Below are positions 49,457 through 58,592 of a DNA stretch of 64,000 nucleotides, piece after piece (position 1 is the stretch's first letter; the number at the start of each line of letters is the position of its first letter). Position numbers and translations under genes: made by a program. This DNA comes from Paracoccaceae bacterium. Lineage in GTDB: Bacteria > Pseudomonadota > Alphaproteobacteria > Rhodobacterales > Rhodobacteraceae. The DNA is taken from assembly GCA_024227475.1 (NCBI GenBank), contig JAAEUI010000235.1:5210-69209 (forward strand), in the 5' to 3' direction. Below the pieces are notes generated by a model. It did not search any database and was not told where the DNA came from. It saw nothing but the letters and a program-made list of their open reading frames with translations.

Positions 49457-50890
49457 TTGGCCCTCAAACGCAAAATCCGCCGCAAAATCCGCCGCAAATC
49501 TCCGTCTGTGCGGCGGCGAAGTGATGCGGGTCTTACCAAAGCCAAATCGGAAACGAGCGACAGCAGTGGTCCGTTGATCGGCGGTGCCCATGATCCGGCG
49601 GAGAAAACCGCTGACCAAAAGGCGGCGCAGGTGCTCGGCAGCAATGCTTCCTCAGTCAGACGCAGCACGACATCCACAGCTATCGCACCCGGTGCAACCC
49701 CGGCACCGGCCCCGAAACATGCGGCACTGGCAATTTCATCCCTTGGCGGCGGACGGAAAATGAACCGCGGCGAACGGGCGTTTTTTGAGCCGCGCTTCAA
49801 CCGGGATTTCGGTAACGTCCGGGTCCATGACGGCGAAACTGCCGACACAGCCAGCCGGTCAATCGACGCCCAGGCTTTTGCAAATGGCGATGACATCGCC
49901 TTTGCCAGGGACCGGTTGAACCGCCGGACCATGGCCCATGAACTGGCGCATATTGCCGAAACGCCGGGGCCGAAAATCCACCGCTACATCCAACCCGGTA
50001 GTGAAATGAGCGCTGACATAACCCACACTCTTGAAACCGATTACGGTGCCAGCGGGGTGCATTCCAAAGGCCACTTGTTGTCGGTCTCAAGTTCATCCGG
50101 CACCTCTGATTCTCGCACCGAAATTGTCGAAACCATGCTTGGGTCGCAACGCGTGTTCACGCTCAAAGGCAGTACCCGGTCCGAGGTTGAAGACAGCCTG
50201 GGAACCCACGTCAACGCCCGCCTGAGCACCATCGACTATGCGAAATCCATCCGCCTTGGCTTCACAACCGGGACCCCAAAAGTTGATGAGGCCAAGTGGA
50301 AAGTTTTCGATGATGAATATGACAAAGTAGAAGCAGAATTAGATAAAAACCTGAAAGATCAAGGGCTAAGCGAGGCGGAACGGGCGGCCCAACTTAAAAG
50401 TGCGGTGCTTCTGATCATGATAACTGCCATGAACAACCAGGTTGGAACCACCGAACTCAATGACCTACTCGACGATATCAGCCTCAAAAGCAAGGCTTAT
50501 GACGCCGCCAAAGATCCAAGCAAAGCCCGGCCTTATGCCATGGCCTGCTTCCGCGCTTCGCTGGTGGTGATGGCCGGTGGCTCGCGCAGCAAATTGAGCG
50601 TTTCGTTCCTCGATGGAATCCCCGGCACCAAAGACAAAATGGATGCGATGACCTGGGATGATTGGATCCCGGGGGATTGGGGTTACATCAGCAACCAGGG
50701 GGCGGGAACCATCAAGGCCGGACAGGAAGGCGAAAATATTGTGTCGCTCGGCCAGGGCAAGTTCTGGGCGCATTACGACCCCGATACGCCGATCCAGACC
50801 CTGACAGTTTTGTTTGACATGGTTGAAGGCTGGAACGGCAAGGCCCAGCTGGAAACCCAGCGAACGATCCCGACCGCAGGGTTGGTCTGA
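49457..50890 (+). CDS. DUF4157 protein with Tgl-like transglutaminase C-terminus; candidate effector
   Basis: AHELAH; YAMAC, PGDWGYISN, GENIVSLGQGKFWAH; TTG start with RBS AGGAGG. Confidence 0.75.
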   Translation: MALKRKIRRKIRRKSPSVRRRSDAGLTKAKSETSDSSGPLIGGAHDPAEKTADQKAAQVLGSNASSVRRSTTSTAIAPGATPAPAPKHAALAISSLGGGRKMNRGERAFFEPRFNRDFGNVRVHDGETADTASRSIDAQAFANGDDIAFARDRLNRRTMAHELAHIAETPGPKIHRYIQPGSEMSADITHTLETDYGASGVHSKGHLLSVSSSSGTSDSRTEIVETMLGSQRVFTLKGSTRSEVEDSLGTHVNARLSTIDYAKSIRLGFTTGTPKVDEAKWKVFDDEYDKVEAELDKNLKDQGLSEAERAAQLKSAVLLIMITAMNNQVGTTELNDLLDDISLKSKAYDAAKDPSKARPYAMACFRASLVVMAGGSRSKLSVSFLDGIPGTKDKMDAMTWDDWIPGDWGYISNQGAGTIKAGQEGENIVSLGQGKFWAHYDPDTPIQTLTVLFDMVEGWNGKAQLETQRTIPTAGLV

Positions 50891-53800
50891 TGGGGGCGGT
50901 CAAACTCCTCGCGGCAAAGGTGCCGGCAAAACCCCGCACCCCGCAATTGCGCCGCAAACCGGCAGGAAAACCGCCGGGTACTGCGCGGGCTAATCTTCTC
51001 CAACCAGCTCTGCGTGTCGGCGCGGTCAATGATCCGGCAGAACGCGAGGCCGAGATCATGGCCTCTCGCGTTGTCGCCTCTTCCACCCCTTCCATGGCAG
51101 ATGCTCCCTCCGGCTCAGGCGGGCAGGGCGACCCGGCTGCCGCCCCACTGCGTCGCTCTGCTGAAAACCAGCCCAATCTGGACGAATTGCAACCCGCCGA
51201 ACCACCCTCTGAGCAAAAGGACTTTGATCTACCCAAAACCCAGGATGTGTCGACCAAAGGGCTGGACAAGGAAAACACCGACGAACTCGACCGCCCGAAT
51301 CCGGTGGACACCGGCGGCGAAGCTCCGGCTCCGGAAAGCCCTCCGATCGAGGACGCACCACCGCCGGTAATGCCTGCCCGGGGTGATGGAATGGGCGCAG
51401 TGGTGGGGCGCTCGGGTGGTGCTGCCCCCACCGACGTTACCAATCTGGTGGCGCATCCAGGGCCGGGTCGGGCCCTCCCGGTTGGCTTGCGCAACCGACT
51501 GGAACCGCATTTCGGCACCAGCTTTAAAGACGTTCGCCTGCACGACGGTTCAGCGGATCAACGCGCTGCCCGGCGTATCGGGGCGCGCGCCTTTACCCAT
51601 AAAAACCATATCTGGCTGGGCCAAGGCGAAAGCCACACCAACACCCGGCTGATGGCGCATGAATTGACCCATGTTGTGCAGCAGACCAAAGGTCCTGAAG
51701 CCCTGCCTCTGCGCCGCGAACCGGAGATCCGTCGTGGTTACTTTGCCAACAAGGCCGAAAGCGTCGCTCGCCATGTTCCCGGTTACACGCTGATTACCGT
51801 CCTGCTGGGCCGTACGCTGATCAGCGGCAAAAAGGTGCATATGACTGCTGAAAACTTGCTGGGCGGCTTCATGGGCCTGATCCCCGGTGGCACGCTGATG
51901 TTTGACCGGCTGAAAGAAGCGCGGGTTATTCAGGAGGCGTTTGACTGGGTCAAAGGCAAACTAGGTGAGTTGAACCTGACCTGGTCGCGGATCAAAAGTG
52001 ACCTGTCCGACGCGCTCGACACCTGGAACCCGTTCAAGGCGGCGCGAAACGTCAAGAACATGCTGGTCAATCTGGTCAAGGATATCATCCGCTTTGTAAA
52101 ATCCATCGCCATCAAGGTTTTGGAGTTCATAGTCCGCGGCGCGCTGAAGCTGGCCGGACCATATGCTGACAAGGTCTGGGGCGTTATTCAACAGGCCCGC
52201 GATACCATTGGCCTGATCCTGGAGGACCCGCTCGGTTTTGCAAAAAACCTAATCGGAGGCATTGTCGGCGGTTTCAAGCAGTTCGGCAAAAACATCCTGG
52301 AGCACTTGAAAAAAGGATTGCTGGGCTGGATATTTGGCTCCATCGACAAGGCCGGGATCACCCTGCCCGAAAAACTGGATTTCAAAGGCCTGGTGTCTTT
52401 GGCCTTGCAAATCCTGGGCATCACTTACGAGAACTTCCGCAAACAACTGGTCAAAAAACTCGGCCCCAATGGCGAGAAAAAGGTTTCGATGATCGAAAAG
52501 TCGGTCGAGATCGTGAAGATTCTGTTAAAAGAGGGCTTTGCCGGTATCTGGAAGAAGATGCTGCAGATGATCGACGATTTCAAAAAGACATTTATCGGTG
52601 GCATGACCAAGATGGTGATCAAAACCGTTGTCGAGGCCGGGCTGAGTTGGCTGGCTGGCCTGTCCAATCCTGTTGGTGCGATCATCAAAGTTGTGCTGGC
52701 GATCTACAAATTGATCGTGGCGTTTCTGGAGCGTCTGGAACAGATCGCGGAAGTGGCCAAGTCAATCTTCAGTTCGATTACCAACATAGCCAAGGGCCAG
52801 GTCAAACAGGCGGCGGATTTCATCGAAAAGGCGATTGGCAGGACGATCCCGGTTGTGTTGGCATTTTTGGCTGCCCTGCTCGGGCTTGACGGGATCCCGC
52901 GCCGGATTCGCGAAGTCATAAACAATCTGCAGAAACCAGTAAAAAAGGCGATGGGCAAGCTGATTGGCTTTGTTGTCAAAAAGGCCAAGAAGTTGTTTTC
53001 CAAGCTGATTAAAAAGCTGAATGGCAAGCGCAAACTACCCAACAAGAATTTCAAAATCGGGCTTACACAACACCGAATTTTTGCCAAGAAGAAGGGCAAG
53101 AAGGTGGAAATCCACATAGCATCGGGAACAGGTCACCGGCTCGAAAAATACGACAAGTTGCATAAAAAGGTCATGAAACAAATCAACAACGCCGAAGCTA
53201 CGGCCGCGGTTACGAAAATTTCCTCGATGGCTAAAGAAGCGGGCGAAAAAACCGACCCCTGGGAGCAAAAGATCGACCTCAACAGCCAAAAGAAAAACCA
53301 GCTCGATCACCTTACGAAAATGAACGAAGAACTGGATAAGGCTGCCAAACGTCTGCTGGTGGCCGGAATTGATGTGGACAACCTGCCACATGCGTCCTCT
53401 TCAGTGAGTGGGACGGATCCGACACTGGTCCGCGCAGCCGAGCCGAGATCGCCGAAAATAGAAGGCAAACACGGCAGTTATCGTGACCTGCAAAAGCTTG
53501 CCAAAAAGAATTTCAGCACCCATGTCAAGGTGAAGATGTCAAAGTTCTACGAACTTGACCACACGATCGAAAAACGCTTCCCGAAGGCAATTATTGAAAA
53601 TCTGCACCTGTTGTCGGCCAAGGAAGTTGTTAGTCGCGGCGCTGAACCTTTGGTGCGTGCAACGACACGCGAGGGCCGCAATATTGCCGAAGCGAAAGCA
53701 ACCGGTAAAAAAATCGGCAAGAAATCTGCGCGGCGCCAGGAAAAGGGTAACAAACAGGGCAAGAGCTTCGGATTGGTGGGTAAAGGCGATTACAATCCCA

Positions 53801-54891
53801 TCCCGGAAACCGCACCTGCTTTTCCCGCCATTGGCGTCTATCATGGAAACCACATTAAGAACAAAGGCAAAGGGCTGACCAATCACGAGGGCATTCTGGA
53901 ATTGGCGCGGGATCAGGCGAAAAAAGATGCAGCGAAAAACAAGACTCCAGACCCCCATGCGCATGTCCGCTCTTCGATAAAGAAACAGCTCGACGCCGAA
54001 CTCGACGAAATGCAAACAAAGTTCAATGCGGATAAATCGGTGACCAAGACAATCCGCTCAAACCTGAAACAGGGCCTTGCCGATGCCAAGGCCAAGAACG
54101 ACAAAATTTATGACCTCAAAAATGTGACGGCCCGTACGGATACGGCAAAAGAGGCTGGCCGTGATGATTTCAAGGCAAACCTGGGTACCAGCATTTTCTC
54201 GTTCGACGGCACACGCGGGTCAGCAGATTTCCTGGGCGAGGAAGGGCAGGGCGGTGAATACAGCAGCCTGCCCAAGGGCAAGGGGAAGTTCTATGAGAAT
54301 GACCATATCATAGACAAGGCTTATGTGTTTAAGGCCCAGGGCATGAAATTGCTGACACGGGCGCAGCAGAAAAAGGTTATGGACAAAGGCACCAAGGCGG
54401 CAAAAATGGGCAAACTGCAGGGCAAACGCATGAGTGCCGTGAGCAAGCTCAAGATGTTCGCGGCAGGTTCCGCCATGCAAGCATATACCAAGGAAAATGG
54501 CCATGCCGTGACCCTGTACCGTCCTGTTGCAGCGAAAGTGACGGCGGACACCAATGCAAAGGGCGGACCAAAACAGGTTTTGGGTTACTCCAAGTTAATG
54601 CCTGACGAGTCGATCGATTTGCTGGCCGAACATGTCCGTGTCGATGACGAGAGCAAACGCGACAAGGCTATTGAAAAGATGCACGCGGAATTCAAAAAGA
54701 AATTTGTTGAAAAATCCGACTATCATTCCCGCATGGTGGCCAAACACTACAGGGTGGAACTGGCCACAGTGCCAAAGATAAATGTGCACGGCAACCGCGC
54801 CAAAGCCGAAGCCAGGATGGTTAAAATCATGCAGAATATGAGCGCGTCCCTGGCCACAGCCAGGACTAAAACCGAGGGACTGTTCAGCTGA
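50890..54891 (+). CDS. Large DUF4157 protein with amphipathic helical core and basic tandem HNH-like C-terminus
   Basis: DVRLH...ARAFT...AHELTHVVQQ; YELDH and YENDH modules. Confidence 0.78.
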   Translation: MGAVKLLAAKVPAKPRTPQLRRKPAGKPPGTARANLLQPALRVGAVNDPAEREAEIMASRVVASSTPSMADAPSGSGGQGDPAAAPLRRSAENQPNLDELQPAEPPSEQKDFDLPKTQDVSTKGLDKENTDELDRPNPVDTGGEAPAPESPPIEDAPPPVMPARGDGMGAVVGRSGGAAPTDVTNLVAHPGPGRALPVGLRNRLEPHFGTSFKDVRLHDGSADQRAARRIGARAFTHKNHIWLGQGESHTNTRLMAHELTHVVQQTKGPEALPLRREPEIRRGYFANKAESVARHVPGYTLITVLLGRTLISGKKVHMTAENLLGGFMGLIPGGTLMFDRLKEARVIQEAFDWVKGKLGELNLTWSRIKSDLSDALDTWNPFKAARNVKNMLVNLVKDIIRFVKSIAIKVLEFIVRGALKLAGPYADKVWGVIQQARDTIGLILEDPLGFAKNLIGGIVGGFKQFGKNILEHLKKGLLGWIFGSIDKAGITLPEKLDFKGLVSLALQILGITYENFRKQLVKKLGPNGEKKVSMIEKSVEIVKILLKEGFAGIWKKMLQMIDDFKKTFIGGMTKMVIKTVVEAGLSWLAGLSNPVGAIIKVVLAIYKLIVAFLERLEQIAEVAKSIFSSITNIAKGQVKQAADFIEKAIGRTIPVVLAFLAALLGLDGIPRRIREVINNLQKPVKKAMGKLIGFVVKKAKKLFSKLIKKLNGKRKLPNKNFKIGLTQHRIFAKKKGKKVEIHIASGTGHRLEKYDKLHKKVMKQINNAEATAAVTKISSMAKEAGEKTDPWEQKIDLNSQKKNQLDHLTKMNEELDKAAKRLLVAGIDVDNLPHASSSVSGTDPTLVRAAEPRSPKIEGKHGSYRDLQKLAKKNFSTHVKVKMSKFYELDHTIEKRFPKAIIENLHLLSAKEVVSRGAEPLVRATTREGRNIAEAKATGKKIGKKSARRQEKGNKQGKSFGLVGKGDYNPIPETAPAFPAIGVYHGNHIKNKGKGLTNHEGILELARDQAKKDAAKNKTPDPHAHVRSSIKKQLDAELDEMQTKFNADKSVTKTIRSNLKQGLADAKAKNDKIYDLKNVTARTDTAKEAGRDDFKANLGTSIFSFDGTRGSADFLGEEGQGGEYSSLPKGKGKFYENDHIIDKAYVFKAQGMKLLTRAQQKKVMDKGTKAAKMGKLQGKRMSAVSKLKMFAAGSAMQAYTKENGHAVTLYRPVAAKVTADTNAKGGPKQVLGYSKLMPDESIDLLAEHVRVDDESKRDKAIEKMHAEFKKKFVEKSDYHSRMVAKHYRVELATVPKINVHGNRAKAEARMVKIMQNMSASLATARTKTEGLFS

Positions 54892-55258
54892 GCCGTTCGC
54901 TGCGCCCCAGGATCGATGTCAGCAATCCGGAGGCCGCGCCGCAGGTGGCGATCCAGCCGAAATACCAGAACCGCCCGGCCTGCGCATCATCCCCGTACGA
55001 GGCGGCGAATTGTTCCTTGCCGAAATATGCGGCGGCATAGGCGGCTGCCAGCAGGGCCAGGAACAGGATGACCCGCGGCCGTTTGGCGCGCCACACCGCC
55101 CACAGAAACACCGCCACCAGTGCCCCGGCCGGTGCCCCGCCTATAGCCGTTTTCATGGCCCACCAGGGATGGGCCCCCAAAGCCTCCGCCCCGCCCCAAT
55201 GGGCGAACAGAATGACAACAGCAGAGGCCAGCGCCCCGGAGATGAGTGTGCTGAGCAT
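54884..55258 (-). CDS. Hypothetical four-TM membrane protein
   Basis: Hydrophobic, high-GC codon usage, HPWW and RFWYFGW; converges on the eCIS end. Confidence 0.7.
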   Translation of the reverse strand: MLSTLISGALASAVVILFAHWGGAEALGAHPWWAMKTAIGGAPAGALVAVFLWAVWRAKRPRVILFLALLAAAYAAAYFGKEQFAASYGDDAQAGRFWYFGWIATCGAASGLLTSILGRSERLS

Positions 55259-55368
55259 GGCGGCAGCTTACTGCGGGCCGGGACCGGTGGGAAGGGGAGA
55301 GTCCCTGCCTTACCGACGCACCCTCAAACCCCGGGGCCAGCCCGGTTTTAGCTTTTGGAATCCCCTAA

Positions 55369-55755
55369 CTAAATCGCCGCAACAACCTCTTCCAGCATGC
55401 CACGCACCTCGCCGGCAACGGCTGTCAGGCCGGGGTTTTCTACCGCCATCATTGAGGCCCCCGGGTCAATCGCGCTGACTTCGACGCCGCCGTCGACCTG
55501 ACGCAGGATCACATTGCAGGGCAGCATGGCCCCGATGCGCGGCTCCATGCCGATGGCCTGCCAGGCCATATCAGGATTGCAGGCCCCAAGGATGCGATAG
55601 GGCGGCATATCCTTGTTGATCTTCTTTTTCATGGTGGCGGCGACATCGATTTCGGTCAGCACGCCAAACCCCTTGTCCGCCAGGGCGGTGCGGGTGCGGC
55701 TGTCAACGGTGTCAATATCAGCGTCGGTGATGATGCGGTCGATGGTATAGGCCAT
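55369..55755 (-). CDS. DUF302 family protein
   Basis: GFGVLTEIDV, YRILGACNP, IGAMLPCNV. Confidence 0.9.
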   Translation of the reverse strand: MAYTIDRIITDADIDTVDSRTRTALADKGFGVLTEIDVAATMKKKINKDMPPYRILGACNPDMAWQAIGMEPRIGAMLPCNVILRQVDGGVEVSAIDPGASMMAVENPGLTAVAGEVRGMLEEVVAAI

Positions 55756-55871
55756 TTGTGGCTCCCTCATTCATTACATATTCGATAAATGTAATATGTT
55801 TGCGGAAAAGGCAAGCGCATTCGTTGCTGATCTGCCTGTTTCGTCCCGAATGAACGGCGCAGGGGCCGCAC

Positions 55872-55944
55872 CGTAGGCCGGGCTTCAGCCCGGCACCCGT
55901 GGATTGAAATTGCGAAAACATGCCGGGCTGAAGCCCGGCCTACG
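55872..55944. repeat. GTAG-type REP doublet (REPIN-like)
   Basis: Perfect 24-bp inverted repeat CGTAGGCCGGGCTTCAGCCCGGCA with 25-nt spacer; each arm internally palindromic. Confidence 0.8.
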
Positions 55945-55952
55945 CTTGCTTG

Positions 55953-56702
55953 TTAGCTTTCAAATCCTTTGATTGCGTCCGCGGCCTTTTGCTTCAGTTC
56001 GAGTTCCTCCCTTTTCTTTTTGTCCTCTTCGAGAATAATCTTGATTGATAGTTTCAAGAACTCGAGTGCCCTGAGGCAGACTTCATCCGACAATTCATGA
56101 ATCCCCTTACTCAGAATTGAGTAGATTTTTCGGTTTTCGTAAAGAAATTCGGGAACATGCCCCTTCAGTTGACTGACTTTGTCGTCCATCCGAGATTTCA
56201 AGAACTCTTCTTCGTTCCAACCCTCAATCTCTTTGAACTCGGAAAACCGACGGTAAATCAAACGCTCGAATACACGGCGCAGGTAAACAAAGGATCCAAT
56301 TCCTACTCCATGCGCCGCCAACCCGACTGCTTTGTGCAACTCGGATGAATCTTCTTTGCTCAAAACACTGTGGTAGGTTGCTGCTTCATCGTTTGCAATA
56401 TCGGCGAGCGAAGGGTGTTGACCGACTTTTTCAACCTTGTTTTTCCCAAGTAGGTAAAAATATCTGATCTTGTGAGATGAATCGCGGGCGCAGGTAATAG
56501 ACAGTTCATAAAACCCTTCTTTCGCCATCAACACTGGTAAGTTCCCGCTCGCGGGTTGCAAGTTCCAGTTGGTGCTGGAGACCTTGGAAAAGGTAGACAG
56601 CTTTTGGCAAAACGGGCAGTGGCCGTCGATTTTGGCCGAGGCCACATGTGCCAAGATCGCTTTCAGTTTCCCGTCGTTAGGCAGATTTTGCTTTGAATAC
56701 AA
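55953..56702 (-). CDS. Low-GC hypothetical protein, Zn-ribbon plus HEPN/DUF4145-like domain
   Basis: CPFC..C..H; YLRRVFERLI; LSKGIH; true start may be ACG at 56738. Confidence 0.6.
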   Translation of the reverse strand: MYSKQNLPNDGKLKAILAHVASAKIDGHCPFCQKLSTFSKVSSTNWNLQPASGNLPVLMAKEGFYELSITCARDSSHKIRYFYLLGKNKVEKVGQHPSLADIANDEAATYHSVLSKEDSSELHKAVGLAAHGVGIGSFVYLRRVFERLIYRRFSEFKEIEGWNEEEFLKSRMDDKVSQLKGHVPEFLYENRKIYSILSKGIHELSDEVCLRALEFLKLSIKIILEEDKKKREELELKQKAADAIKGFES

Positions 56703-56750
56703 AGGGATTTGAAATGCAAATTGCTCAAACGTATCCGTAGTTTCGTTTCC

Positions 56751-58406
56751 TTATTTCGTAAACTTCTTGTACTTAACCCGCGTTGGCTCGAGCGCATTCA
56801 CTCCAAACCTTCTTACCTTATCTTCCTCATAATCCTCAAAATTCCCTTCAAACCACTCCACATGCGCTTCGCCTTCGAACGCCAGCATATGCGTACAAAT
56901 CCGGTCCAGAAAGAACCGGTCGTGCGAGATCACCACGGCACAGCCGGCGAAATTCACCAGCGCGTCCTCCAGCGCTCGCAGGGTCTCGACATCGAGGTCG
57001 TTCGTCGGCTCATCCAAAAGCAGCACATTGCCGCCTTCGCGCAGCAGTTTGGCCAGATGCACCCGGTTGCGCTCACCCCCTGACAGCAGGTTCATGGTCT
57101 TCTGCTGATCGCCGCCCTTGAAGTTGAACGCCGAGCAATAGGCCCGGCTGTTCATCTCCGCATCCCCCAGCTTGATGATATCGAGCCCGTCGGAAATCTC
57201 CTCCCAAACCGTCTTCTGGTCATCCAGATCATCGCGCGACTGATCAACATAGCTCAGCTTCACGGTATCCCCGTAAGAAACCGTGCCACTGTCCGGCTGT
57301 TCCTGCCCGGTCAGCATCCTGAACAGCGTCGATTTCCCGGCCCCGTTCGGCCCGATCACCCCGACGATGCCCCCCGGAGGCAGCGAAAATGTCAGGTCCT
57401 CGATCAGCTGCTTGTCGCCGTAATGTTTCGCCAGCCCCTCAACCTCGATCACTTTGCCACCCAGACGCGGCCCGTTCGGAATCACGATCTGAGCCCGCCC
57501 GACTTTCTCGCGCTCAGATTGGCCGGCCAGTTCGTTATAGGCGTTGATCCGCGCCTTCTGCTTGGCCTGCCGCGCCTTGGCGCCCTGCCGCATCCATTCC
57601 AGTTCGCGCTCCAGGGTTTTCTGCCGCGATTTGTCGCCTTTTTCCTCATGTGCGAGGCGTTTGGCCTTCTGTTCGACCCAGGCCGAATAATTGCCCTCGT
57701 ATGGAATGCCGCGCCCGCGATCCAGTTCCAGAATCCATCCCGTTATGTCATCGAGAAAATACCGGTCGTGGGTGACAATGAGGCAGGTGCCCTTGTACTC
57801 GATCAGGTGCTTTTGCAGCCAGGCGATGGTCTCCGCGTCGAGATGGTTGGTCGGCTCATCGAGCAGCAGCATGTCGGGCGCTTCCAGCAGCAGCTTGCAC
57901 AACGCCACCCGGCGTTTTTCGCCACCCGACAGGGTGTCGACCGCAGCGTCATCCGGCGGGCAGCGCAACGCCTCCATGGCGATGTCGATACTGGCGTCCA
58001 GATTCCACAGGTCGTCCGCGTCGATCTGGTCCTGCAACTGGCCCATCTTCTCGGCGGTTTCGTCCGAGTAATTCATCGCCAGTTCGTTGTATTCGTCCAG
58101 GATCGCCTTTTTGCCGGCCACCGCCAGCATCACGTTGTCGCGCACATTGAGGCTGTCATCAAGATGCGGTTCCTGCGGCAGATAACCAACGTTGGCGCCC
58201 TTGGCCGCCCAGGCCTCGCCGGTGAAATCCTTGTCGAGCCCCGCCATGATTTTCATCAGAGTGGATTTCCCTGAGCCGTTGACCCCAACCACGCCGATTT
58301 TCACGCCGGGCAGAAAGCTCAGGCGGATATTTTCAAAACACTTCTTGCCACCGGGATAGGTCTTGGAGACGCCGTCCATGTGGTAAACGTATTGATGCGA
58401 AGCCAT
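56751..58406 (-). CDS. ettA: Energy-dependent translational throttle ABC-F protein
   Basis: Two ABC domains; WILELDRGRGIPYEGNYS, ARQAK, EWFEGNF. Confidence 0.95.
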   Translation of the reverse strand: MASHQYVYHMDGVSKTYPGGKKCFENIRLSFLPGVKIGVVGVNGSGKSTLMKIMAGLDKDFTGEAWAAKGANVGYLPQEPHLDDSLNVRDNVMLAVAGKKAILDEYNELAMNYSDETAEKMGQLQDQIDADDLWNLDASIDIAMEALRCPPDDAAVDTLSGGEKRRVALCKLLLEAPDMLLLDEPTNHLDAETIAWLQKHLIEYKGTCLIVTHDRYFLDDITGWILELDRGRGIPYEGNYSAWVEQKAKRLAHEEKGDKSRQKTLERELEWMRQGAKARQAKQKARINAYNELAGQSEREKVGRAQIVIPNGPRLGGKVIEVEGLAKHYGDKQLIEDLTFSLPPGGIVGVIGPNGAGKSTLFRMLTGQEQPDSGTVSYGDTVKLSYVDQSRDDLDDQKTVWEEISDGLDIIKLGDAEMNSRAYCSAFNFKGGDQQKTMNLLSGGERNRVHLAKLLREGGNVLLLDEPTNDLDVETLRALEDALVNFAGCAVVISHDRFFLDRICTHMLAFEGEAHVEWFEGNFEDYEEDKVRRFGVNALEPTRVKYKKFTK

Positions 58407-58592
58407 ATGCGGACCCTTTTGCAACTGTAATTTCAGCCGGTGTTTTACGAAAGCCGCGCAGGCTTGGCAAACGGGAAAATCCTACCACAGCGCAGCGCGT
58501 AGCAGACAGGGAGCCGTTTTCCGCACATCACTCCCGCAGCCTCTGGTTAGTCCGCCCCTGAGCAGGTAAAAGCAACCGCAAGGGGAGTCCCA

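Larger units (their letters stand above)
28058..54891 (+). other. Extracellular contractile injection system (eCIS) gene cluster
   Basis: 17 co-oriented, tightly spaced genes: sheath, tube, DUF4255, AAA ATPase, hub, spike, gp25, baseplate and DUF4157 proteins; no capsid, terminase, portal or integrase; no TssJLM. Confidence 0.92.

Noticed and set aside
28058-54891. Prophage, gene transfer agent or T6SS
   Set aside because: No capsid, portal, terminase or integrase and no TssJLM/ClpV; DUF4255, Afp15-like ATPase and DUF4157 indicate eCIS
54884-55258. Immunity gene for the nuclease-like cargo
   Set aside because: Opposite strand, a membrane protein, and host-like high GC; more likely a resident flanking gene
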